A stretch of DNA of 64,000 nt, taken from contig CP000070.1 in NCBI GenBank assembly GCA_000002445.1, forward strand, positions 576,001-640,000, read 5' to 3'. Both the position numbers and the translations under genes were made by a program. This stretch comes from Trypanosoma brucei (Eukaryota). A model generated the notes under the pieces. That model saw nothing but the letters and a program-made list of their open reading frames with translations. It was not told the origin of the DNA and did no database searches. Positions 1 to 11,652 of this stretch are shown here, in pieces (the first letter of the stretch is position 1; each line of letters opens with the position of its first letter).

Positions 1-577
1 AAATTGTCGCTGGGAACTATAACAACATTGATTTTTTTTTCTAAAGAGGGTAAAACTCTACTGTCTCTGTGACAAATTTCTTCCTTCCTTTATTTCTCGT
101 TGTTGTAAAAGCAGTAATGTTTGATAACACAACTTAGAAGAAAGAAGGAAAAAACAAAAGAAACAAATACAGGTTGGAACGTTTCGTTATCACTAATCCA
201 TTCGCCACATCGTCATTGACATCTTTTCTTTCTCCAATGCGCTTCCTTCTTTTTCCTCACTCGATATTTAAACAATTGAAAGCACTTCACACGCCTCCGG
301 TACTGCGAAAGATACGCAGGGAAGGAAAAAAAAATAGTGTATAAAGTACACTGATAAAACATGCACATGCACCTCTATGAAGTCTTCCCCCTATCCCTCT
401 CCCGAACGAAAAACATGCAAATCAAAAAGAAAAAAAAGAAAAGTGCCGTTAAAAAAATAAATAAATGAACGTTTTTTTCCCCCCTAACTCAAAACAAATT
501 AAACCTGCACATGCATAGCCCCGCTAAAGTATGGCTGAATGAACCAAACAACCTCAGGTATCGATTAGCCCAGCGAA

Positions 578-1714
578 TCAAACAGCCTTCCAGCAGCTCT
601 GGACGAATACGAAAATGCTCTGCGAAATGGCCATACCGAGGCCAACACGTGCGGATCCCCACCCGATATTCAATCGACTATTCATCCACCGAAGCGCTGC
701 CATCGGGTAACGATGCCGCTGAGTTGACCGCTCCATCAGTCGAGTCCGCAACGGATCCTGTTGATTCATTGCAACCCTTTCGCTTCCACCATGAGTGGCA
801 TGAACACTCGTGTAACTCTCACCACTACGGTATACAAAAAGAGTTTGTAAGTAGAGAAACTGCAATAACTGAATGTAACGCACCGGTCCGGATCCTGACG
901 GAACACCGTAAACGACAGAACGTACGTAGTTAAACGGCGAACTAAACACAGAGGCGAGCATTGCAGCGAAGAGGTTGGAGGCAAAAACTGCGCTATCGAC
1001 TGATGGCTTTTCTGCACGATGGGTAGATAACGCCTCACCGGAGTTATGTGACGCCGCCACGAAAGGTGATGGGGAATTGTTATCAGTCGCGTGGCTACAT
1101 GCTGGTGATGCCAAGCCAAGGTACTGTGCCTTCTGGGTGATGCTCTGTCCCAAAAAAGTAAAGAAACAATGAACATTTCGGCTATTCCTGCACATTTCGT
1201 ACACTATGCCAAACACACTGTCACGAAGGATTGTAGCCACAATACCCCGAAAGAAGATGGATAACCCCTTCTCCTCATATACGTTGCGCGTGACGTGAAA
1301 AAATGAAAATTTCTCTTCTACACTCCACATACGGTACTTTACAACCTGCATTCCGTTCAGTAGACTACCGTTGAGAGTACCTGCGACGGCACCAATGAGA
1401 AAAGCGTTAACACCGGGGGAATTAGACGCATGGAAACACGCTGGCATATACCTGTCAATGAAGATGCGTGTGGAGTCCTGCCAGAACAAATATGAAGCAG
1501 CCACTAGTGTACGGTAAACGGCAGCGTTCACAAATCCCTGAAAGGGGTGTTCGAAGTTACGGCGGTCAAGAAAGTGATGACGACGGTACATCACTCTCAC
1601 GTAGAGGGCCCTATCAAACGGATTGAACAAAACGGCCTGAGCAGCACCAGAGATTAAAGCTGGCCCCGCAGTAAGCAAGAAACTGTCTCGGTTCTTTTCA
1701 TCTTGCGTGGTCAT
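578..1714 (-). CDS. putative membrane carrier protein (degenerate mitochondrial-carrier-like repeats); 3' extent uncertain
   Basis: Long minus-strand ORF. The track start at 1723 is TTG; the first in-frame ATG is at 1714 (MTTQDEK...). The N-terminal half has hydrophobic helices followed by PFDRALYVR / NGMQVVKYR segments loosely resembling the MCF Px[DE]xx[KR]x[KR] signature. The C-terminal ~150 aa is compositionally odd and may not be coding. Confidence 0.35.
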   Translation of the reverse strand: MTTQDEKNRDSFLLTAGPALISGAAQAVLFNPFDRALYVRVMYRRHHFLDRRNFEHPFQGFVNAAVYRTLVAASYLFWQDSTRIFIDRYMPACFHASNSPGVNAFLIGAVAGTLNGSLLNGMQVVKYRMWSVEEKFSFFHVTRNVYEEKGLSIFFRGIVATILRDSVFGIVYEMCRNSRNVHCFFTFLGQSITQKAQYLGLASPACSHATDNNSPSPFVAASHNSGEALSTHRAEKPSVDSAVFASNLFAAMLASVFSSPFNYVRSVVYGVPSGSGPVRYIQLLQFLYLQTLFVYRSGESYTSVHATHGGSERVAMNQQDPLRTRLMERSTQRHRYPMAALRWMNSRLNIGWGSARVGLGMAISQSIFVFVQSCWKAV

Positions 1715-2991
1715 TCCATGCAAAGACCCGTCTCCCGCTTAATTAACAAAAAATTTCCCTAGGAGTAGCACCCTTTTTTTTTTCTCCGCTGTCACTTCAA
1801 TCACACCACCTTCCCCCAACCGACGAAAAGGGATAGGCACACCGGCCTTCGTGTATTTCCCGACTGTAAAAGTCTAATGAAACCCCTCTCTTCCCCTTCC
1901 CCTCCACCAACACCAACACACGCACACACTTTCTTCCTCTGCCATCCAAACAACTCGTCACGCGGGCGTGACATGTCAGAGGAAGACCATGCACAAGAGA
2001 TATCGGAAATACAAATAAAGGAATATAACATACGGCCACCAAGAAAGAAAAAAAAAGTGATAGCAACAGCAACAGATGCTGTTAGAAAGTTTAAGCACTT
2101 GCACCACCCTGCAAATACCTGCATGAGTGGGTATTACAAACGAACATGTATAGGAAAGTGGAAACTTAATTAGACGGGAGGGGGCAAGTAGAAAATGTGT
2201 AAAGAAGGTGTGGGTGCCGCTGGTGCATAAAGAGTAGAGAATTCACAATGTTCTCCATACTTTAAGTTGGTTCAGGGCAGTAAAAATAACCGAAAACAAC
2301 GAAAGCGGACAATCGACAGCTGAAAGGCGTGCGAGATTGTTGCAGTCTCTTTTCTTTCCTTATATTTCATTCGTTTATTCTGCCGACCCTGTAACTCTTC
2401 CGCTTCCAGTCTTTCCACAGCGAGATTCGCTATGGACGGTTGGAAGACGTATTCGTGTTGATCATTCAACAACGAATGTTTTGCATTGTATCTTTACCTG
2501 ACGTTAAACACCTCCTTCTTTCCATTTATTCCTTATCCCTGTTACGTTTTCATTTTTCACCTCAACGAAAACGTATCTTTTCAGATAATCTCTCTCATCC
2601 CTCTTCTCCTTTTCCCAGATGTTTAGGCGGTGCCACAATGGTGTCGTGAAATAGGGAAATGTCGTTGTGAAAAATAATGCACTTCCCGAAGTCCACCTCC
2701 AGCTCAGCGGAAATTATGGCAGCAAAACATGATGCCTTTAGTTGAGTAACACATATTTCATTCCTTTCCTCGCATTTTTCATCGTTACATCCTTCATTAG
2801 ATTACTTTACTTATGAACCATATCCCTGGTCCAAAGATAGTATTTCCCCCTTTTTCCTTTGTTGTTAGTGCCCCGTGCCATCTTCCACAAGAATGATACC
2901 AAACACATCACAATTATTTCTTTTTTTCGCTTGCACGTGCACTCCCTTTTGCGGATTCGCTCAGGAGATCTGCGAGCCTTTTACCTCACTT

Positions 2992-4626
2992 TTAATACTT
3001 CCAACCACGACTTCTTCCTTGGAGGTCTCTGCTGGACCCTCTATTGCTCTGCGGCCTGTAATTCGATTCAGTGCGGGGTCTCTTGTTAACTGCTGGAAGC
3101 TGAGCGTCGTAGCCAGAACGCCCTCCCTTAGCGGATGGTAGCAGCCCCTCACGACCCTGCCGAAGGACGGGCAACTTGTGTTTGTGGGCCCAACTTTCCG
3201 TGATGGCGCCCATAGGAATGTGACTGGAGGAAAAGGATGACAAAATGATGCGGAGGTTGTGGCAGGAACCCAACATCTCAGCCTCCTTCGCTCCCGCTGA
3301 TGACTTCTGCACCAGTCGCTTCACAGCGTAGATGAGGAGGGGTTCCACCTTCTCCACAGCTGCCAGCATATTACGACACTTCGCTGTGAATTGTTTGTCT
3401 TTAAGCTGTTTTACAAAATCCAGAGGTTTCTTCTGGCCAACAGAAGTGAGAGCAAGAAGAAGTGCCTCAAGCGTCGTTAAATACTCGGGCAACGTGTTTC
3501 CATCGCCTATAAGGTTCATAACATGTTCTAGAAGAGTTTTATACAGCGTGTCCGTGTTTTCAGGTGTTGCTGAGCGCGCGGCGAGGAGGAGTAGCTTCGC
3601 ATGCCACATTCCCCTAACTGTCGTACCGTCGACCGGTGCGGAAAGCAGTCCGGCCTCATCTAGCATAGGGGTAAGATCATATGCAACAGCGCCCACGTGC
3701 TGTGCAACCAGACTGAGTGACTCAAGTGCACGATCGGTGTTGAGTTTGGTGCTGGCCAAAAAAGCGGTAAGGAGCGGCAAACCCTTTTTCTCCTCAACAG
3801 AAGGTAGTGACGCTGCTATCCGTGCGAGTTGGGCAAACTCTGTTATGGTAACAGCAGAGAGAACACGGATGATGAGAGCGAGTACGTGCTCCTGAATTTC
3901 CTCTGTCCATTGCGGACGAAACGATGCCGTTTGCGCCACCTTCCTCAAACGAGCCATAGCTGTGCGGCGTTCCTTCTGTAATTGATCCTCTTCCTCGGCT
4001 TCACGATCATCGCTTAACCAATGTAGCAGTTTTGTGACAACCGGACGAAACGCCGTGCTTACGAGTGTATCCAGCGCCTTTGAGGCTGCTGAACGAACAG
4101 GTTCAGCAAAGCCGTTTTCGTCAATCATCACCTGCATCAACACATCCGCCCCCTCACGGGACAGGTACTCCCATTTTTTATCGAGCATGGAAACGGGACC
4201 GAGCGCAGCAATGCCCTGCACTGCCGCAACCAACAACTGTTGGGTATTATCGGGTCCGCTGAGTATTTTCACGAGAGAGGTAACCACCTTTTTGAGTGCA
4301 TTACCGTCGCGCATATGCTGTCCGTATTTCGCAAAGAACTCGAGCATCCTCACGCGCAGCAGCAGTGGAGTTTCCGCCTTCTCTGCCTCTACAAACGTCT
4401 GTGCGATTTCCTCAGCGAAATCGTTCACCTTCGCGGGATCTTCCGCAACGGCAGCCTGCAGCACGGCGTACAATTCGGAGGCGGAAGTTGTGCCTTGAGG
4501 GGTGTCCAAATGTTGCATTGTTGGCGAAGACGCAGTCGGCGTCGTTTCTGCTGCCATCACCGGGGAAGTGGTGAGATCCTCCTTTTCATCATTCTTTGCG
4601 GTTGCAACCTTCTTCTTAACCGGCAT
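2992..4626 (-). CDS. HEAT/ARM-repeat protein, possibly API5 (apoptosis inhibitor 5)-like, with basic C-terminal NLS-like tail
   Basis: 544-aa ORF from the ATG at 4626 (track start 4656 is TTG). Alpha-helical repeat composition. The N-terminal ELYAVL...LLLRVRMLEFFAKYGQH block resembles the API5 N-terminus (ELYRNY...KRLAAQFIPKFFKHFPE). The C-terminus is KRPRTESNYRP basic. Confidence 0.45.
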   Translation of the reverse strand: MPVKKKVATAKNDEKEDLTTSPVMAAETTPTASSPTMQHLDTPQGTTSASELYAVLQAAVAEDPAKVNDFAEEIAQTFVEAEKAETPLLLRVRMLEFFAKYGQHMRDGNALKKVVTSLVKILSGPDNTQQLLVAAVQGIAALGPVSMLDKKWEYLSREGADVLMQVMIDENGFAEPVRSAASKALDTLVSTAFRPVVTKLLHWLSDDREAEEEDQLQKERRTAMARLRKVAQTASFRPQWTEEIQEHVLALIIRVLSAVTITEFAQLARIAASLPSVEEKKGLPLLTAFLASTKLNTDRALESLSLVAQHVGAVAYDLTPMLDEAGLLSAPVDGTTVRGMWHAKLLLLAARSATPENTDTLYKTLLEHVMNLIGDGNTLPEYLTTLEALLLALTSVGQKKPLDFVKQLKDKQFTAKCRNMLAAVEKVEPLLIYAVKRLVQKSSAGAKEAEMLGSCHNLRIILSSFSSSHIPMGAITESWAHKHKLPVLRQGREGLLPSAKGGRSGYDAQLPAVNKRPRTESNYRPQSNRGSSRDLQGRSRGWKY

Positions 4627-5708
4627 TGTGTCCCGTATCTGTAACCAAGTACACAAAGTTCCACAACGCGTAAGTCCTCTCTTTATGATTTCCCCAACTT
4701 TTAGCTCCCCAAAACACTACCTTCTCTAGTATCCCGTTGTCCTGAAATAAAAGACAACGAAGGACCGTATTCGCCAATTATGTAAACAAATATAGATGTG
4801 ACTATTGCCTTCGGTGGCCGCACGACACTTAATGTTATGATGCAGCAACTTATAGAATGCGTAATTGAAACAAAGAACCAAGGAAAAGAAGGAGGACCAG
4901 GACAGAAGTACCAGTGACAACACAGTACGCTGGAAGCGACATATACAAAAGTATACAAAAATAAATTCGTATAAACATATACAAATTATTGCAATTTGCA
5001 TACGCGTCGTGCTCATGAAAACGAAGAAAGGAAAGGAACGGTCCGAAAACGATACGGTCTGTGAGCAAGCATGAAATCCCCAACACTGAAAAGTGTGAAT
5101 AATGGAGGCAGAATGAAGCTGCGTGGTGATACTTCCTTGCTTAACTCACCACTCCCTCCCAGCTGCAACTGTCCCAACAACCAGAAACAAGATGAAAAAG
5201 TCGTACAGCGTACTGTGTACAATAGAACCCATTGTTTGATGAAACAGTTGTCTACAAACGACCACTTAATGGGAACTCGTGCACAACCCGTGTGATAACT
5301 GTGTAATTTACATGTGATTATACCGTCTATATCACCAAACGGAGATGTGAGAACGGCGAAGACATGTTTTCCGCACCAACTCACAGTGATGCATAATAGT
5401 AATTGATGCAACAATGTAATTAAAAACACATACGATTTTGTGAACTACCGTATCAAACACAACAATTCAAAGAAACTAGCGGTTAGCACACGGAAAGTAA
5501 AAAAAAAAAACCTTCCCACTCCCCTTTTCCTCCTTCAACTACATCGCTCAGCGTATCAGTGAGGTGATCGGCTGCGCGCTCTCCCCATGCTCCAAAGGCG
5601 GCGGCACACTTTCCTCATTTGCATCAATCCTCCACAACATAGCAGCTAAATAAAGGTACAGCTTTTTGAGGGCATGAAAATTTGCGTAACGTCCATCCTT
5701 TCATCCAC

Positions 5709-7715
5709 CTAATCCTCGAGCATATCGTAGCAATCAACAACAGCAGTACATATTGCTCGCGAGAATTCCTCGGCGGAGTGTATGGGCCCACACTCCTTCC
5801 AGCACGACACGTTAAACAGTAAACACTCCGGTCCCGCTGCATAGCCCACACCGTACCCAGCACTAACAGGCCCAAAGCCTCCACCAACGACAGCATTTGA
5901 AAAAAGTGACGAAGTGCTCAGAATGTTACTCGTGAGTGTCGCGTATGAAGGGTCACTGAAAAGTAGTGGAACACGCTGTGGGTTACGGCGCTCTGCTACC
6001 TTACTTAAGGCGAATAAGTGGCAATCCACACCTTGACCTGTGCGGGTATTCTTAACGTTAGTCCTGTGCTTTTTCACTGCACACAAAAACGCACCTCTCT
6101 TTTCACTAATTGGAACTCCCGGTGAGTCCATCAACATCGTAAACGCCTGACTCTCAATTGTAGCCGGCCGAATGCAATCCGTTCGGCCGCGCAGATAGGC
6201 TGCTGTACTGCAACTTTCATATGTACTGACCGTGCTTTTGTTAAGCCTCCACCATGCAAGTTGCATCGCCACTTGCATTAGTCCATCCAAACCAATGCGC
6301 AAATTGCGCAGCAATGGGTCGTTAAAGCCTGTCCCGGGTAGCAGCGAAGTGCAAAAATCAAGCCGTCGCATATCCCCACTCATTCGCGTCTTCGCCTTTA
6401 AAGCCTGATGCTGCAACTCGGGCGGGAGACACCATTTAAGTTGGCGCACTGGCTCCGTTGGCGAAACGTCCCTTGGCATATCCTTGCTAGGGCGCATGAT
6501 GGAGTGATTAAACACATCCTCAACGTACCGCTTTACGACTAAGCCGTCACCCCAACTATGTTCAAAGCTAACTCCTAACGTACCGTCCTTCGTAACAATT
6601 ATGCTAATGCTCTTATCAAACCAACGATTCGTTTCCTTCGCCAACATAGAACGTGTGGCTCCCGTGGCCCCTCCGGGTTTGAGGTAATCCACCACCACAT
6701 CGTCATCGAGGCACACCACGAACAGGGCAGAGTCAAGCAACTCAAGGTTCTGTTGATTGACTTGGTGGCGTGCCATTGACAAACGCACCGCATGCCACGA
6801 CGTCCGATCCATCGATGTAAAAATGCCAACATCAATATCCGGCGGCGCGGCGTTCAATTCGGCGATCGCCTTGAGCCGTGCATATATTTGTTCGTCTGGA
6901 AGCGGTCGACAATCCTTGTCCGCGACTGTTACCACGTACTGCTGACCACGGTACAGCACAATAATATGCTGTGCGAACCCAACTGCCTTAATCTCATCCC
7001 GGAGGACTCCTGGCACGCGCGTAGAGCACATTAGGTAGTCGTACCGTGACATGTCAAGCGGAAATGCATGGAAGTTAGAGCCAACACTCATAACTTTGGC
7101 AGAGACATATTCAGGAGATAACGCCACTGTGCGCTGAAACCAGTCGCTTCGACAGTAATGGTTTGGTGGTGCAGAGTAATATATATCTGGTTGCAAAGTG
7201 TTATCAAGATATTTCTGCTGGAAAATAACACTGCTGGATATCCAAAACGTTGCTCGCGTAAGCATATCCTGCTTATCTGCATCCCGTCGTGTAACGAGGC
7301 ATGGGTTACGATTGATTGGAAGAGGCGTTCGGTCCATAAGGTAGCGGTCGCACCAATCAGCTGATACGTATGAAGTGTGCCTGTTTGCCTTGTTAGTTCG
7401 CACCAACTCATCCTGCAGAACTATACCTTCATTGGCTTCAAACTCCTGCACCACCTTGGCTGTGAAGTCATACTGTTTGGGTGGCACAAGGGGCTTTACA
7501 GCTTCAAGGTACCTGGCGCATGTTTTCTCCAGCTTTGGCACTGGAAGACGAAACAGACTGCGCTGCAGATGCCTAGTTGGAAGAACAGATGTATGGAGTG
7601 CCGTGCAGTCCGTGCAAACGCCAGTTGAGATGCGCTGCACCAGTGGTCCCCAGAGGCTCCAATCTGTAAAATCTTTTAACGCCTCTAAGCGCCAGCAAAC
7701 AGAGGAAAGGCGCAT
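5709..7715 (-). CDS. CPT2: carnitine O-palmitoyltransferase II-like (choline/carnitine O-acyltransferase family)
   Basis: Catalytic-His motif SFEHSWGDG, GQGVDCHLFAL and LSTSS motifs typical of carnitine acyltransferases. Length ~670 aa. The track start 7799 is GTG; the first ATG at 7715 gives MRLSSVCWRL..., which resembles a mitochondrial presequence. Confidence 0.85.
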   Translation of the reverse strand: MRLSSVCWRLEALKDFTDWSLWGPLVQRISTGVCTDCTALHTSVLPTRHLQRSLFRLPVPKLEKTCARYLEAVKPLVPPKQYDFTAKVVQEFEANEGIVLQDELVRTNKANRHTSYVSADWCDRYLMDRTPLPINRNPCLVTRRDADKQDMLTRATFWISSSVIFQQKYLDNTLQPDIYYSAPPNHYCRSDWFQRTVALSPEYVSAKVMSVGSNFHAFPLDMSRYDYLMCSTRVPGVLRDEIKAVGFAQHIIVLYRGQQYVVTVADKDCRPLPDEQIYARLKAIAELNAAPPDIDVGIFTSMDRTSWHAVRLSMARHQVNQQNLELLDSALFVVCLDDDVVVDYLKPGGATGATRSMLAKETNRWFDKSISIIVTKDGTLGVSFEHSWGDGLVVKRYVEDVFNHSIMRPSKDMPRDVSPTEPVRQLKWCLPPELQHQALKAKTRMSGDMRRLDFCTSLLPGTGFNDPLLRNLRIGLDGLMQVAMQLAWWRLNKSTVSTYESCSTAAYLRGRTDCIRPATIESQAFTMLMDSPGVPISEKRGAFLCAVKKHRTNVKNTRTGQGVDCHLFALSKVAERRNPQRVPLLFSDPSYATLTSNILSTSSLFSNAVVGGGFGPVSAGYGVGYAAGPECLLFNVSCWKECGPIHSAEEFSRAICTAVVDCYDMLED

Positions 7716-8388
7716 TTCTCCTGTCACTTGATAAGGGAACGCAAGAGTTGGGTATTCACCTATTTCACTAATTTTTATGTTCACTGCTCGTCCCTCCACT
7801 TCCCCTCCCCTTGCAAAACCTCAAGCACTCGCTAGCAGGGGAAATATTTATCACGCCTTGAATACTTTCGCGGGGGCGAGGCGTTACCCCACCTTCTCTC
7901 CTGACAGCCGGTGTAGTGTCGCTACCTGCGTGTTGCAGGTAATATACGCGTATATATATACAAGTGTCCTGTCGGAGAAGGCAAGTAGACAACGAAAAGA
8001 AAAAGATGGAAAGAGTAAATAATCGCATAAAACCCCGAGGGGGTTAGGACACGCAGTTACACGAAACGAGCAGAAGTTCATATAAAAACAACGACGAAGG
8101 TAATTCAGCGACACATTAACATATTTTGAAAGAAAAAATAGATATATGTGTCTGGTGAACCCCAAGGTTCCACCACAAGGGAAAAGAGTGAGAATGGAAG
8201 ATGCAAACTCCTTCTTCACTAAGGTAAGGCAGTCCCTTTTCTCTCATTATAAACTCAAAAAGGGGGTAAAAAAAAAAAAGAATGAAAAAGAAGAAAGCAA
8301 GTGGGGTTGCCCGCCGCAATCCTCAAATGAAGTGCAAGCAAAACAATAAAAAAAACACTGTTTCGGTCCCTTGTCCGCTTCCAGGATA

Positions 8389-9228
8389 TTAAAGGGTTCT
8401 CACAATCACGGTACAGTTGGACAATCTGGCCTCATCAACGGTTTTGGATTCATCGCTAAGTTGCCTTGGAGGTACATCGCGAACCACAAGTTTGAACGCT
8501 CCCAAGTGAACATTTGCATACGCTGCGGCAAGACCATACACATCGGCCACAGTGTGTCGTTTGGGGTTCACCTTGAATTCCTTGCGCTCACCGAAAAGAT
8601 TGACAATCGCTATTTTCGCCTGTTCCTCCCCCTCGTGAAACTCAAATGGGCGAGCATCAACAGGTAAGGCGACAGCTCCCATCTCAGCATTCACTTCAGC
8701 TTTCGAAGCACCTCCCGACGTTCCCTCATCCAGTCTCCTCCCGGTACCGGGGAAACGGACATCGCTCTTACAGTCCAAATGCATGCAGTCGATGAGACGC
8801 AATGATATCTTTGTGATGGGATACATGGCCGTCAGCCGTGCAGGGACAATCCCCTCCCGCACTGATTCGAAGAATTCCACTGATTCCGGACTGTCCATTG
8901 AGAGTAGCGGCCCGTCGTCAATTGTGTACCCGTCGCGGTACACTCTAACGTTAACGGTGCGCTCCTGAAGCGCTGTGGGAGAAATGAAAGGGCTGTTGGC
9001 CTGTGTGTGACCCAAGCGCCTGCCATAACCATAAAAGGCTTGGGGTGCGGTGGACCTCCCGTCGCTGGCGGCCACGGGAGCGGAGCGGAAAAGGGAGTCA
9101 ATCATCCCCTTCACTGAACTGCTGTCGGCCGGGGCATCAACCTGCTGCCCGGAAGAGGGGCCACCTCCAACGAAATAACTTACCCCCTTCTTCTTATCTG
9201 TGTCTTTTGACGGGCCACCGCCACTCAT
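8389..9228 (-). CDS. p47/Shp1 (NSFL1C)-like p97/Cdc48 cofactor, SEP + UBX domains
   Basis: SEP domain (VNVRVYRDGYTIDDGPLLSMDSPESVEFFESVREGIVPARL) flanked by two FxGxGxRL(G) SHP-box-like motifs (FYGYGRRLG, FPGTGRRLD). C-terminal UBX domain (IAIVNLFGERKEFKVNPKRHTVADVYGL...). ATG at 9228 (MSGGGPSKD); the track start 9270 is TTG. Confidence 0.8.
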   Translation of the reverse strand: MSGGGPSKDTDKKKGVSYFVGGGPSSGQQVDAPADSSSVKGMIDSLFRSAPVAASDGRSTAPQAFYGYGRRLGHTQANSPFISPTALQERTVNVRVYRDGYTIDDGPLLSMDSPESVEFFESVREGIVPARLTAMYPITKISLRLIDCMHLDCKSDVRFPGTGRRLDEGTSGGASKAEVNAEMGAVALPVDARPFEFHEGEEQAKIAIVNLFGERKEFKVNPKRHTVADVYGLAAAYANVHLGAFKLVVRDVPPRQLSDESKTVDEARLSNCTVIVRTL

Positions 9229-10044
9229 TAGTATGAATTCTTTTTTTGTGTGTTTTTTGCAAAGCAACAAAAAAAAAAGATAGACTTACTTAATTTCGAT
9301 TCCAATGTAGCGGTAGACTCCGGGTCGATTGATGCCGAATAACTACGTTTCTGTCTCGGGAAGAAGGTGCGCAGCCACTCTACTCGCTTTTTCCTTTTTT
9401 TCTCCTGAAGCGTTTCTTCGGTCACTTGTTGTCTCCTCCCACCTTATTTGTCTTTTTAATCTTTTTTAGGCAATAGTTCGATAACTACAATGAATGACTC
9501 CCTACAGTCTCTATTCAACGAAGTTTTATTTTCGTTGAGTCTCTTGTAAATTGTTTTGCGATTGTCCAACAACACTTCGTGCTGGTGAGAAATATGATGA
9601 AAATCGCGCAAGCAATAAGAATTAGAACAGTCAAAACAACAAAAACGAAGGAAAATGGATCTGAGAGACATCATTTTATATAAAATACAAAACCGTGGCA
9701 GCTTCGCACACACACAAATGGTAAACAAGGTAGAACGGAGTAGGTGGAAAAAAAATAAACAAAAAAGTTACGAGCAATGCAGAGAAAACATTCCGCTATA
9801 GAGCTATAAGCGACAAAAATAAAAAATTAGGGCTCAGTAATGTGACCAAACAAACAGCTCAAAGCCGGTTCCGTTGCCGTGGCATCAGAAGTTAGAAGGA
9901 TGATAACGAGCAAAAGGTACAGAAGGAATCATATTAAGTAAATACGTGGACGTTGACATGCACATATCACTTTGAGTGATGCATTTCAACAGTCCTTGAA
10001 GATTCCACAGCAGATAAAGCACAAAACGTAGACGATATATACAC

Positions 10045-10045
10045 G

Positions 10046-10086
<41 letters not shown>

Positions 10087-10097
10087 ATGTGTGTGTG
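10045..10097. repeat. (TA)14 followed by (TG)n microsatellite
   Basis: tatatatatatatatatatatatatatgtgtgtgtgtgtgtatgtgtgtgtg in the 1-kb spacer between the SEP-UBX gene and the coiled-coil gene. Confidence 0.95.
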
Positions 10098-10309
10098 ATG
10101 AATATGATCACGTGAAAGTCAGTTCCTTGCTAACACGGTAAAACAAAATGGTGACGTGAAGTAATGAACCATATTGTCGATAACTCCTCGCGTGGCTACT
10201 ACAGCTCTTACTATACCGTTCACACAAAATTTATCCTTCTGAAGTCAAAAATCATAACGACATGTTTCGAACTTACGCAGCCTGTGCTTGGATTGCGTCA
10301 CTTAGTTTC

Positions 10310-11011
10310 CTAAACAAATGGATGTAGCATTAGTTGAAAGTGAAGGAGTGTTCTCTCATCAGCAGTCAGGTGAGGTAGGCTCTGTAAACACGTGGCTTCC
10401 CAATCACTTAAATTCCGCTGCACGGTATTGTGGGTCTCTTTAGATACTTCCACATAGAGATTTTTCATGGAAACGCGGAGCTCTTGCAAGAAGTCAGTTC
10501 CGTTGTAAAGCTGTCCGTATGTAATAAAGAGATGCTTAAGCCACTTCGCTTCCTCCGTATACGCATTATGAGCAGCTGAGGATGTCCCTGCAGCAGTTGC
10601 TTCAGCTGCCAACTCGCTCGCCGAGTTTGGCACCATCGGATGAACAGTCAAGTCCCCACGGCAAGTCGATAGCAACGTCCGGCATCGCTGCGACTGTCTG
10701 CTATTCTCTAGTATTTCTGATTCACTTGAACGCTGTCGCTTCTGCAACTCTCGATGCTCAACATCGAGCTGCAGCAGCTGCGCTCTTGCATCCGCTAACT
10801 TCGCCACAACTGCTTCCCGCTCCATAAAATTTTTGTCGCGCTCCTCCTCAACAAGCAACTTTCGGTACCGCAACTCTCCAATGATTCGCGCGCGTTCTTC
10901 CGACTCCGACTGCATGGTGGCTATAATTTGCAGGAACTGTCGGGCCTCCTGCGGCACAGTGCTGCCCTCCTGAGTTTCAGTCCCTGTAACAACATCGGTG
11001 CGTTCAATCAT
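10310..11011 (-). CDS. hypothetical coiled-coil protein
   Basis: 233-aa ORF with an ATG start. The central region is heptad-like and charged (ERARIIGELRYRKLLVEEERDKNFMEREAVVAKLADARAQLLQLDVEHRELQKRQR). It has the same orientation as neighbouring genes. Confidence 0.5.
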   Translation of the reverse strand: MIERTDVVTGTETQEGSTVPQEARQFLQIIATMQSESEERARIIGELRYRKLLVEEERDKNFMEREAVVAKLADARAQLLQLDVEHRELQKRQRSSESEILENSRQSQRCRTLLSTCRGDLTVHPMVPNSASELAAEATAAGTSSAAHNAYTEEAKWLKHLFITYGQLYNGTDFLQELRVSMKNLYVEVSKETHNTVQRNLSDWEATCLQSLPHLTADERTLLHFQLMLHPFV

Positions 11012-11652
11012 GCGGAAAAAATAGATAAATATTTGTGAGCTCGTTCCTTGCCGCTGCCAAAATGACTACAGGAAAACAGTTAAAAACTCAGACCTGAGGG
11101 AGGGAGAACGTTATGTATTTAAACACCGACGTAGTGAACATGAACGAAGCAGTTAATTGAGATTACCAATGGTCGGATCGTCACTCCCAAAATCAAAAAA
11201 AAAAAGAGATATGGGATGGGTGGTTTATTTGCTTATTAGTACATCTGGTCTGCAAACGGCCCCTTTTCCATCAGACCGTGTGAAAAAAGACGGGCTTCCT
11301 GGCAAAATCTTGAGGAAGGTCCGTCAAAAGAGAAAAAAGGAAATTCCTCGCAAGGAATTTAATCCATGCGATTGGCAAAAATAAGAAGAAGGAAGACGGT
11401 AATGCACAGTGAAAACTCGGTATTCTTTCTGTTTTGTTTTTCTCTCTTGTGGGAACGCCTGGTAAAATTTAATTATGTGTTTGACAACTCTACACAGAGT
11501 TGCAGCAATGTTTAAAAGTACAAACACACCCATTTTATTCTCTCAAAGTGCCCTTTACCTCCCAGCAAAGGAAGAAACAACTCAAGTGAGTTAACTAATA
11601 ATGAATGGACGTGGGAGAATGATCGCTGCTTTCAGCACTCCAACAATTTACA

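Noticed and set aside
3332-4644. Several plus-strand ORFs (3332-3895, 4034-4498, 4240-4644)
   Set aside because: Antisense to the HEAT-repeat gene. Ala/Ser/Arg-rich translations are typical of antisense reads of GC-rich coding sequence.
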